DNA from: Ostreococcus lucimarinus
Taxonomy: Eukaryota
Direction: 5' to 3' (one strand)
NCBI GenBank assembly: GCA_000092065.1
Contig: CP000591.1
Length of the DNA: 64,000 bases
In this document: piece after piece, positions 46,016-53,633 of the stretch
Layout of the letters: each line of letters opens with the position of its first letter
How positions within the stretch are numbered: position 1 is the first letter of the stretch
Position numbers and translations under genes: made by a program
Notes under the pieces: model-generated
Database searches by the model: none
Seen by the model: only the letters and a program-made list of their open reading frames with translations
Told to the model about the DNA's origin: nothing

Positions 46016-48295
46016 ATGCACCGCGCGCGCGACGACGCGCGCGACGACGCGCGCGACGACGGCGACGACGCGCGCGACGACGCGCGCGACGGCGCGAACG
46101 ATTGGATGCGAGCGATTGAAAATCTCCAACCGACGACGCCGCGCGGCTGCGCCGCGTGCGCGGTGCTGGTCGCGATCGCGCTCAAGGCGACGACGGCGAA
46201 CGAGTCGTCGTTCGCGCTCGGCGCGCTCGTCGGGTGCGCGGGAACGCTCGCGGCGCAGGTGGCGGCGGTGACGCGCGCGGTGCGAGCGAACGCGGCGGCG
46301 ACGGCGGCGCGAGAGGTCGCGGACGCGGCGGCGCGGGAGGAGTTCGATCGCGGGCGCGACGACGACGCGAGAAACGGGGACGAGGGGCGGAACGCGGGCG
46401 TCGGGGCGACGACGAGCGTCGGGGAGGCGCCGCATTCGGGATGGATCGTGGTCGCGCGAGCGAACGCGAAGAGCGCGAAGGGCGCGGCGGCGAGCGGCGA
46501 GAAGAAGTTTGCGCGATTGACGCGCGATGGGAGGTTGCAGCTCGCGAATGAGCGCGGTGGAGAGGTGGTGGACGTGATCGATCTGTGCGGGTGCGATGTG
46601 GCGTTGACGAAGTTTCCGGGATTGGAAAAGCCGACGGAGTTGCGATGGCACAAGTCGACGCCGATGGTGGTGCGTCACGGCGATCGCGCGGTGTATCGAT
46701 CGATGAAGACGGTGTGGCTGTTTGCGTTGTCGTCACCGGCAAAAGAGGCGTGGTTCGTGGCGCTGATGACGTGCGTGGAGCGTTTGCGCGCGGAGAGTGG
46801 CGGCGCCGAAGCGGACGCGCGCGCGCTCGACCGCATGCGCGTCGAGGCGGATGATTTCGCAAAGTTTACGCAAGAGACGAAGAAATACAAGGAAGAATCC
46901 GCGCGGCGAGACGCACACGCGCAAGGCACGCACTCTGCGGGCGCGGGTACGGCTGGGGCGACGATAAACGCTCTTGGATCGAGGCTGCTATTCGACATGT
47001 TTCGCGACGAGCGTTGGCAACTCGAGCAAAAGGAAAAGTTGGTCAACAAGATGAATAACGCTCCGGGCACGCCCAAGTTTGTCGGTACGTTTGAGATCAC
47101 GCATATCGACTTCGGATCAACGGTGCCGCACATCATTAGCGCTCGCGTGCCGAGCTTTAGCTCGTCGAGCGCGCCCTGGGATGGCGCCTCTATGCCGGGG
47201 CGCGGCTTCTCGCACGCGCTCGAACTCGACGTCGAGTACGTTGGTCGGGCGACAATGACCGTGCAGACGCGCGTGGATTTGTCCAAGTACGCGCAAGACA
47301 TGGAGAGTGAGGCGAATAACGTGTCGAACGCGGAGTCCGTCGACGAAATCGCGCGGAGTTTTTCGAGTATAAAAAAGGCGGCGGCTCGCGAGGCGGCGAG
47401 AGTTGTCACCTCGCTTTCTGATACACTTAGCGCGACGCCGTTGCGCTTCACGCTAACCCTGAAGAAGTGTCAGGGCGTCATGCGTCTGTGGATTCCACCG
47501 CCCCCGGGCGATCGTTTGTGGTGGGGGTTGATCAAGGAGCCGGACATCGATCTTGAAATCATCCCCGAGCTCGGCGCCGCGGCGATCTCTCATGAGGGTA
47601 TCGCCTCGCGTGTCTCGCAATTCCTTCGCAACCTATTCGTTGCCGACATGCACTCCCAACTTCTGCTGCCGAACTGCGTCGCTGAGCCTTGGAAGGAGCT
47701 TCGACCGTTCGTAAGCGCGATGGAGTTGTCGCTCGCCGAGGCGGCGACGGAGGAGTTCTCGGCCTTGCAGCCGCCTTCGCCTTCGCCCTCACCAATCAAC
47801 ACTGAACGTGAACGTCCAGCTGAACGTGACCGTCCAGCAGTATCGAACGTGACGACGCCAGCGTCGACTCCCAGACCCTCGTTCGACACCCCCACGTCAC
47901 CACCGCCCGAGCAAGTGATGGAGAGTCCACCTGTGTCGCCGAAAGCGTCCGTCGCGCCCATCGCCGCCGTGAGCGCGTCGCTCCCATCCTCCCCCACCGC
48001 CACCATCACCGGTCTCGCGACGACGACATCTACCGAGCCGCCACCCAAACGTCCAGCATCCGAAGACATCCAAGCCAAGCCAACGTCGTCTTTCTTCGCC
48101 CAGGCGAAATCGTTCACGCAAAAGCTCGAACGTTCCTTCGGCGACGACTTCAAGGATTTCACCGCCGCCGTCAAAGACGCCGGCGTCGCCGGCGGATTGA
48201 AGCACGTCTCCAAGAACATCGAAAAAGTTATCGCGCCGACGTCAAGCAAAGATCCCGCGCAACCATCCTCTTCGAATGTGTTAAAGAACGATTAG
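46016..48295 (+). CDS. TM + PH-like + SMP lipid-transfer domain protein (TEX2/Nvj2-like)
   Basis: In-frame ATG at 46016 of ORF 45521..48295. PH-like region: SGWIVVARAN...KKFARLTRDGRLQL...WLFALSSPAKEAWFVALM. SMP-like region: INALGSRLLFDMFRDERWQ...FVGTFEITHIDFGSTVPHIISARVP, compared with human TEX2 FMNELTLTELDMGVAVPKILQAFKP. The C-terminus is Pro/Ser-rich. Confidence 0.65.
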   Translation: MHRARDDARDDARDDGDDARDDARDGANDWMRAIENLQPTTPRGCAACAVLVAIALKATTANESSFALGALVGCAGTLAAQVAAVTRAVRANAAATAAREVADAAAREEFDRGRDDDARNGDEGRNAGVGATTSVGEAPHSGWIVVARANAKSAKGAAASGEKKFARLTRDGRLQLANERGGEVVDVIDLCGCDVALTKFPGLEKPTELRWHKSTPMVVRHGDRAVYRSMKTVWLFALSSPAKEAWFVALMTCVERLRAESGGAEADARALDRMRVEADDFAKFTQETKKYKEESARRDAHAQGTHSAGAGTAGATINALGSRLLFDMFRDERWQLEQKEKLVNKMNNAPGTPKFVGTFEITHIDFGSTVPHIISARVPSFSSSSAPWDGASMPGRGFSHALELDVEYVGRATMTVQTRVDLSKYAQDMESEANNVSNAESVDEIARSFSSIKKAAAREAARVVTSLSDTLSATPLRFTLTLKKCQGVMRLWIPPPPGDRLWWGLIKEPDIDLEIIPELGAAAISHEGIASRVSQFLRNLFVADMHSQLLLPNCVAEPWKELRPFVSAMELSLAEAATEEFSALQPPSPSPSPINTERERPAERDRPAVSNVTTPASTPRPSFDTPTSPPPEQVMESPPVSPKASVAPIAAVSASLPSSPTATITGLATTTSTEPPPKRPASEDIQAKPTSSFFAQAKSFTQKLERSFGDDFKDFTAAVKDAGVAGGLKHVSKNIEKVIAPTSSKDPAQPSSSNVLKND

Positions 48296-48315
48296 CCCGT
48301 CGCCGCGCTCAAAAA

Positions 48316-48329
48316 TTTGAAATTTCAAA
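48316..48329. promoter_or_regulatory. perfect 14-bp AT palindrome TTTGAAATTTCAAA
   Basis: Seen directly, 21 nt after the stop at 48295 and 149 nt before ATG 48478. It is an AT island in GC-rich DNA. Confidence 0.5.
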
Positions 48330-48477
48330 CCAGCTGTCGCAACTTCACGTCGACGTCCCCACACCGCGACGCTCGTCGCGCGTCCGACGGACGACGACGC
48401 GAACCGCGCGCAAACCCTGCGCGTGCTGCGCCCCCGGCTCGTCGTTCAATCGCTTCGCCTGCGCGCTCGCCGACGCC

Positions 48478-49494
48478 ATGGCTGCGGCGAAACGAAAACC
48501 ATCCGCGAGCGCCGCGTCGATGAAATCCTTCGACGACGACGTGCCGAGCGAGCGCGACGCGCTGAAAACGTGGAACGACATGGACGACGCCGCGCTCGAG
48601 GTCGAGATCGCGAAATATCGCGACGCGGTGGCGCGGTTGAAGGCGGAGATCGTCGCGAAGGATGGCGATCGCGCGATCGATGGGGTGGACTGGTTCGAGT
48701 ACGAACGAGACGCGACGACGACGGTCGACGGCGCCGATGGCGGCGCCGCGGGAGGTGAGAACGACGACGAGGATGAAGAGCTTGGAAATATCGATGACAT
48801 CGATCCGCGGGAGTGGATGGTGCCGAAACAGTGCATCCCGGTGCACGCAAACGTGACGACGTACGACTGGAAGCCGATGTACGAACACGAACAGTTCGAC
48901 GTCATCATGATGGACCCGCCGTGGCAGTTGGCCACGGCGAATCCGACGCGCGGGGTGAGTTTGGGATACTCGCAATTGACGGATCAGCACATCGCAGACT
49001 TGCCGTTGCCGCAATTGCAAAAGAATGGGTTGTTGTTCGTGTGGGTGATCAACGCGAAGTATCAGTGGTGCCTCAATCAGTTTAAAAAATGGGGCTACGA
49101 ATTCGTGGACGAGATCGTGTGGGTGAAGGTGACGAAAACGAGACGACTGGCGAAGTCACACGGCTTTTATTTGCAGCACGCGAAGGAAGTGTGCCTGGTC
49201 GCCCGTCGAGGAGACGCGCCGCCGGGATTGAAGAACAGAGCCATCGGGAGCGATATCATCTTCGCTCCTCGTCGCGGGCAATCGCAAAAGCCGACGGAGA
49301 TTTACGAGCTCATCGAAGAGCTCGTGCCGAACGGGCGGTACTTGGAGATTTTTGCGCGTAAGAACAACCTGCGCGACTATTGGGTGTCCGTCGGGAACGA
49401 GGTCACGGGGACTGGTTTGCCTCCGGACGACGTCAAGGCGTTCGAAGAGCGCGGGCACATTCCGTCCGCGAAATACGGCGCGTCTAATCGATAG
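48478..49494 (+). CDS. MT-A70 family N6-adenosine methyltransferase (METTL3/IME4-like catalytic core)
   Basis: Sequence: FDVIMMDPPWQL (DPPW catalytic motif), GLLFVWV, WGYEFVDEIVWVK, HAKEVCLVARRG and SQKPTEIYELIE. The protein is only 338 aa. Confidence 0.85.
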   Translation: MAAAKRKPSASAASMKSFDDDVPSERDALKTWNDMDDAALEVEIAKYRDAVARLKAEIVAKDGDRAIDGVDWFEYERDATTTVDGADGGAAGGENDDEDEELGNIDDIDPREWMVPKQCIPVHANVTTYDWKPMYEHEQFDVIMMDPPWQLATANPTRGVSLGYSQLTDQHIADLPLPQLQKNGLLFVWVINAKYQWCLNQFKKWGYEFVDEIVWVKVTKTRRLAKSHGFYLQHAKEVCLVARRGDAPPGLKNRAIGSDIIFAPRRGQSQKPTEIYELIEELVPNGRYLEIFARKNNLRDYWVSVGNEVTGTGLPPDDVKAFEERGHIPSAKYGASNR

Positions 49495-49563
49495 TCGCGT
49501 CTTCTTAGCTCTCATTGTGATTGGTGATTTCCTGTGTGACTTAAATAACTACTGAAAAGTGAC

Positions 49564-50277
49564 TCAGAACCGCGTCACGTCCCAAAGCACCCCCCGCGTC
49601 GTCGTCGCGAGCACGGTGATAACCAACGGCACCACGATCGCCACCGCCAACCCCACGGTGAGTTCATTCCAGAACCCTTTACCCACGAATTGATCGCCCT
49701 CCCAATTTTCCGTGTACAAATCCGGCCGATCTTCGATCCTTTTCCCGTTCGCGTCTCTCGATCGCGTCGGCGTTTCGTTCTTCGCCTTGGCTCTCGCCTC
49801 GCGCGCCTCTTCCTCCGCCCTCTCCTCCTCGCTCATCGCCGCGGCGACCATCTCCTGCGTCACCGTTATTTCCTTCTCCAGCACGAACGTGATCTCTTCC
49901 GCTCGCGTCGACCGTATGGCATCCTTCACGAACGCCAAGCGTTCCGTATCCGAAATTATCCAAAGCTTGTCCGCGTCCCCCACCGGCGACGTCAACGCGC
50001 GCAGTCTTTGTCCCGGCACCACCCCCGCGCGCTCGCAATCGCTCTCGCGCGCGACGCCAGCGACGAATATCGCTCGTTCGTTGTCGCCGACGACGAGGGC
50101 ATCCCATTTGATGCACTTTCGCGCTTCTTCCGTCGTCATCCTGATGGTGTACTCGGTGCTCTGGTCCGTCGAGTCGAGGAGTTGTGCGCGGCGCGCGTGA
50201 TGCGCGCGGCGCGCGCGCGACGCGAGCGCGCGCGACATCGGCGCGTTCGCGCGATGGGCGCGCGCGGAGGCGAGCAT
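49564..50277 (-). CDS. hypothetical organelle-targeted protein with C-terminal TM helix
   Basis: ATG ORF of 237 aa with a basic presequence-like N-terminus, a globular middle (possibly PDZ-like) and the anchor LTVGLAVAIVVPLVITVLA. No family recognised. Confidence 0.45.
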   Translation of the reverse strand: MLASARAHRANAPMSRALASRARRAHHARRAQLLDSTDQSTEYTIRMTTEEARKCIKWDALVVGDNERAIFVAGVARESDCERAGVVPGQRLRALTSPVGDADKLWIISDTERLAFVKDAIRSTRAEEITFVLEKEITVTQEMVAAAMSEEERAEEEAREARAKAKNETPTRSRDANGKRIEDRPDLYTENWEGDQFVGKGFWNELTVGLAVAIVVPLVITVLATTTRGVLWDVTRF

Positions 50278-50396
50278 GACGGCGGAAAGACGCGCGGCGC
50301 GGCGTTGTGAGGGCTCTATCCACTCGGCGAGCGGGACGACGAAGCCGAGCGTCGTCGCTCGATTGAAAATAAGCTATGGGCTACCGCTCCGACGCG

Positions 50397-51761
50397 TCAG
50401 TGTTTTGGTTTAGTGTTGCGGCGTGACGCTCGACGTGTCGTCGTCTGCGTCGTCGCTTCGCCGACTTGCGCGTGTGACTTATCGCCGCCGTGCAGGAACT
50501 CCTCGAGGACGCTTTCCTTCGGCGGACATGTCGGCGCGTTGTTGACGGCGACGCGTTCGCCCTTGGGCAAACGCTCGGCGAGTTGGCCGAGGGTGAGACC
50601 TATCAATTCCTTCGGCACCGTCTGTGAGGGCGCGCCCAGGTTCGCCGCGCTGCGCATGATGTCGTAACCTAAATGTTCGAAATCGCCGCCGTAGAACGTG
50701 TTGAAGAGATTCAAAAGCTCCGGATCAAAGCGCGACCAGCACGAGTGCAAGTCGGGCTTGGGGACATCCTTGTGCCACGCGTTCGTCACGACCATTTCGA
50801 TCTTTTTGTGATATCGATGGTGAATGAAACTAATGATGTTTTCCTCCTTTACGGACGCGCCCCCATGTCGTTTAGACCACGGCGTCAGCGGACACTCGCC
50901 TTCCTCCGCGCCGAAGCACTCTTCGATTCGAAAAAGATTTTCGGCGCGCGACGCCATGAGCATCTGCGGCGCCCAGTGAGACAACGAGGCGACGCCTCCG
51001 TTTATTTCATCCTCGCACTTCTTCTGCGCTCTCAACTCCCATCCACCCGCTTCGTAGCACGCTCGAATTTTTGAATCGTGCACGTTGAGCGTCAGGTGCG
51101 CGGCGAACTTTTCGCAATTCCCCTCGTCGTACCCAACCTTCAGGCTGTCGAACAACTTTCTATCGTACGTCCCGGTCCAGTACAAAAACTCTGACTCCGC
51201 GCGTTCGTACGGATTCCTCACGATCGCCCACGACTTTCGCACGTAATCCTTCGGAATCGAGTGCCAATTTTCCCAGCCGCGGTACCTCGGGTGCAGCTCG
51301 TACGCGCGATCCTCGCGCTTGATGCAGTACCCTTCCGCGATCCCCGACACCCCGAGCGAGGTCTCGATCGTCGTCCCGCCCGTCTTCGGGATGTGCAAAA
51401 ATATCGGAAATCCGTGGCCGGATCGTTTGTCGCCGATCGAGCGCCGCACGTCCAGCGCGCGCGCCTTTTCCGCGTCGGTGTACCCGAGGCGCGCGCGCGT
51501 CGCCGCGGCGTCGCTCGCGTCGCCCGATCGTCCCGCGATCGCGATCGCCACGCTCGCGGCGCCGAGCAGCGCGATGGCGGCGGCGCCAGCGGCGACGCGC
51601 GACCGGGACGGCGACGGTGACGGCGCGAAGCGCGAGCGAACGTCGTCGTCGCGACGGGTGTTGACGCCGATCGCGTCGACGTCGACGACGATGGCGTCGT
51701 CCGCGAGCGCGCGCGGGGGCGAGAACGCGGAGATGAGGCGCTCGCGTTCGTTGAGCGTCAT
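50397..51761 (-). CDS. type-II membrane sulfotransferase-like protein
   Basis: N-terminal TM: AAGAAAIALLGAASVAIAIA. IFLHIPKTGGTTIE matches the PAPS 5'-phosphosulfate-binding motif of Golgi carbohydrate sulfotransferases (for example HS6ST FLHIQKTGGTTF). Confidence 0.6.
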   Translation of the reverse strand: MTLNERERLISAFSPPRALADDAIVVDVDAIGVNTRRDDDVRSRFAPSPSPSRSRVAAGAAAIALLGAASVAIAIAGRSGDASDAAATRARLGYTDAEKARALDVRRSIGDKRSGHGFPIFLHIPKTGGTTIETSLGVSGIAEGYCIKREDRAYELHPRYRGWENWHSIPKDYVRKSWAIVRNPYERAESEFLYWTGTYDRKLFDSLKVGYDEGNCEKFAAHLTLNVHDSKIRACYEAGGWELRAQKKCEDEINGGVASLSHWAPQMLMASRAENLFRIEECFGAEEGECPLTPWSKRHGGASVKEENIISFIHHRYHKKIEMVVTNAWHKDVPKPDLHSCWSRFDPELLNLFNTFYGGDFEHLGYDIMRSAANLGAPSQTVPKELIGLTLGQLAERLPKGERVAVNNAPTCPPKESVLEEFLHGGDKSHAQVGEATTQTTTRRASRRNTKPKH

Positions 51762-51870
51762 GGCGCCGCGCGCCGAGGGCGGTGCGACGCGGTGGGCGCG
51801 AGCCGAAGTGAAGTTACGCAGACCGCGTCGCGGCGGAGCTAACGCTAGAAGACTAGAAATCTACTGGGAA

Positions 51871-53535
51871 TCAATCGTCGACGGCGAACGCCGAGCCGCG
51901 AAGACGAATGATGAAATCGTCGGTGAACGCGCACCAGTCGCTCCACGCGCGGAGCGTGGCGAGGACGTCGCGCTTGAAGGCGCGCCGCGAGGCTGAGGAC
52001 GAAGCGGCCTCGAGGTACAGCTCGAGGCGCTCGAAGACGCTCGGAAGCGCGCTGATGAAGAGCGCGCGGTACGCTTGCACGCCCTTGACCGGTGCGGCAC
52101 AGTTATGAAGTAAATCTGAAACGACGTACAGGCGTGCGGTCATCGTTTGACGAGGGGTTTCGAGGTTGCAAAGCGACGTCGCGATGACGTCGACGACATC
52201 GGCGGCGCACTCGGCGCGCTCGACGGCGAACTCCATCGCATCGCGAATGTCGTCCCGTGCGACGGTGATGTGCTGAAGTATCTCAACCAGACTCTTGCGA
52301 TCCGCCGTAGAGAGCTTCATCGCCGCGCGTTTCGACGATCGACCAACACGATTCTCTAGTCGCGAGGCTTGCGTCTCGTCCAGGGGCGGCGGGATCCATC
52401 GCGCACCGTCACGAATCATCACGAACGGCTCGGTTCGCCACGTCTCTAACGCGTCGCTCTGTGCAAACGCGAACACGCGCCACGCGTAGTACGCGTGGGC
52501 TTGGGAACATTCGTCGAACAAAAACCGATACTCTTCGTTCGTAGCCTCTCGAGCCTTTAAAGCGCGCTCAAATACTTCGCCATCCTCTGCGACGTACGCC
52601 GCAGTTATGTCTATGCGCCTCTTGAGATCTTCATCATCTGGAATTTGCACGACAACGTCCGCTTCGTCCGACGTATCACTCGTCGCCGTCGGCGCCACGC
52701 TCCACGGAATGTCACCAAGCACTTCCGCGGGCGCGCGGGCCAAAAGTTCCGCCGCCTCATTCGCGTGCAACGTCGTCGGCCACATCGCGTGTTGTGGAAT
52801 CCTCATCGCCATGGATATGACAACATTTACCGTGTTGCCGAAAAGTAGCGCGTCGTGCATCTCGTCCACCGCGCGCTCCGCGCTCGTTCGCGACATGAAG
52901 CACACGTATCCGCTATTCGACGTCTCGCGGCTCTCCTTACTCGGCCGCCAAATTTTTACGCTCGCGATCGGGCCGTACCGCTCAAACGCTCGCGCCAGGT
53001 CAACGGCGGCGACGTCTACGGGTAGATTTGTGATTCGCACGTTTGAGCTTCGCGAGGCGTCCGTCGCCGTCGCCGGTTCGACGCGCTCCGACGTCGACGC
53101 CGGCTCCGAGCGCGCCGACGCTTCCGGCACCACCGGCGCCTTGGCCGCGAATTCCTCCAGCATCGCATCGATCGCTTTGAGCTTCTTCTTCCCGCGCGGC
53201 GCGCTCGGTCCGGCTTCGACGTCGTTCTCGGCGTCGGCGCCTTTGCGTTTCGCCGCCGGCGCCGGTCCGTCGCGAGCGCCGAGCGCGTACACCTCCCCGA
53301 CGCCCTCGTCGTCGACGCCGTCGCGCGCGTCCGGTCGTTGTAACCCTCCGCGCACGAAAGTCACGGCGTTCGCTCGTCCATCCTCGTCGTCGTCGTCGCC
53401 GTCGCCGAATTCGTTCTGAAACGTCTCGAGCACGGCTTCGACTTCCGCGGCGTCGCGCGCGGCTTTGCGGGCGTCGCGCGCGCGCTGCAGCGCGAGACGA
53501 TTGCCCTTGCGCGGATTGTTCAGGGAGAAGTGCAT
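51871..53535 (-). CDS. U2SURP: U2 snRNP-associated SURP/RRM/CID protein (U2SURP/SR140-like)
   Basis: The ORF-track start at 53637 is TTG, directly abutting the CWC22 stop; the first ATG is 53535. RRM: VRITNLPVDV...SGYVCFMSRTSAERAV. SURP: RRIDITAAYVAEDGEVFERAL...EEYRFLFD. CID-like: RDDIRDAMEFAVERAECAADVVDVI...RLYVVSDLLHN. Confidence 0.8.
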   Translation of the reverse strand: MHFSLNNPRKGNRLALQRARDARKAARDAAEVEAVLETFQNEFGDGDDDDEDGRANAVTFVRGGLQRPDARDGVDDEGVGEVYALGARDGPAPAAKRKGADAENDVEAGPSAPRGKKKLKAIDAMLEEFAAKAPVVPEASARSEPASTSERVEPATATDASRSSNVRITNLPVDVAAVDLARAFERYGPIASVKIWRPSKESRETSNSGYVCFMSRTSAERAVDEMHDALLFGNTVNVVISMAMRIPQHAMWPTTLHANEAAELLARAPAEVLGDIPWSVAPTATSDTSDEADVVVQIPDDEDLKRRIDITAAYVAEDGEVFERALKAREATNEEYRFLFDECSQAHAYYAWRVFAFAQSDALETWRTEPFVMIRDGARWIPPPLDETQASRLENRVGRSSKRAAMKLSTADRKSLVEILQHITVARDDIRDAMEFAVERAECAADVVDVIATSLCNLETPRQTMTARLYVVSDLLHNCAAPVKGVQAYRALFISALPSVFERLELYLEAASSSASRRAFKRDVLATLRAWSDWCAFTDDFIIRLRGSAFAVDD

Positions 53536-53633
53536 CGCGGCGCGCGCGGCGCGCGCGCGCGCGAGAGTGAGGCGCGGGGGCGACGGGGGCGACGCCGAGA
53601 AGGCCGAGCGCGCGCGCCGTCGCGATGGTATTA

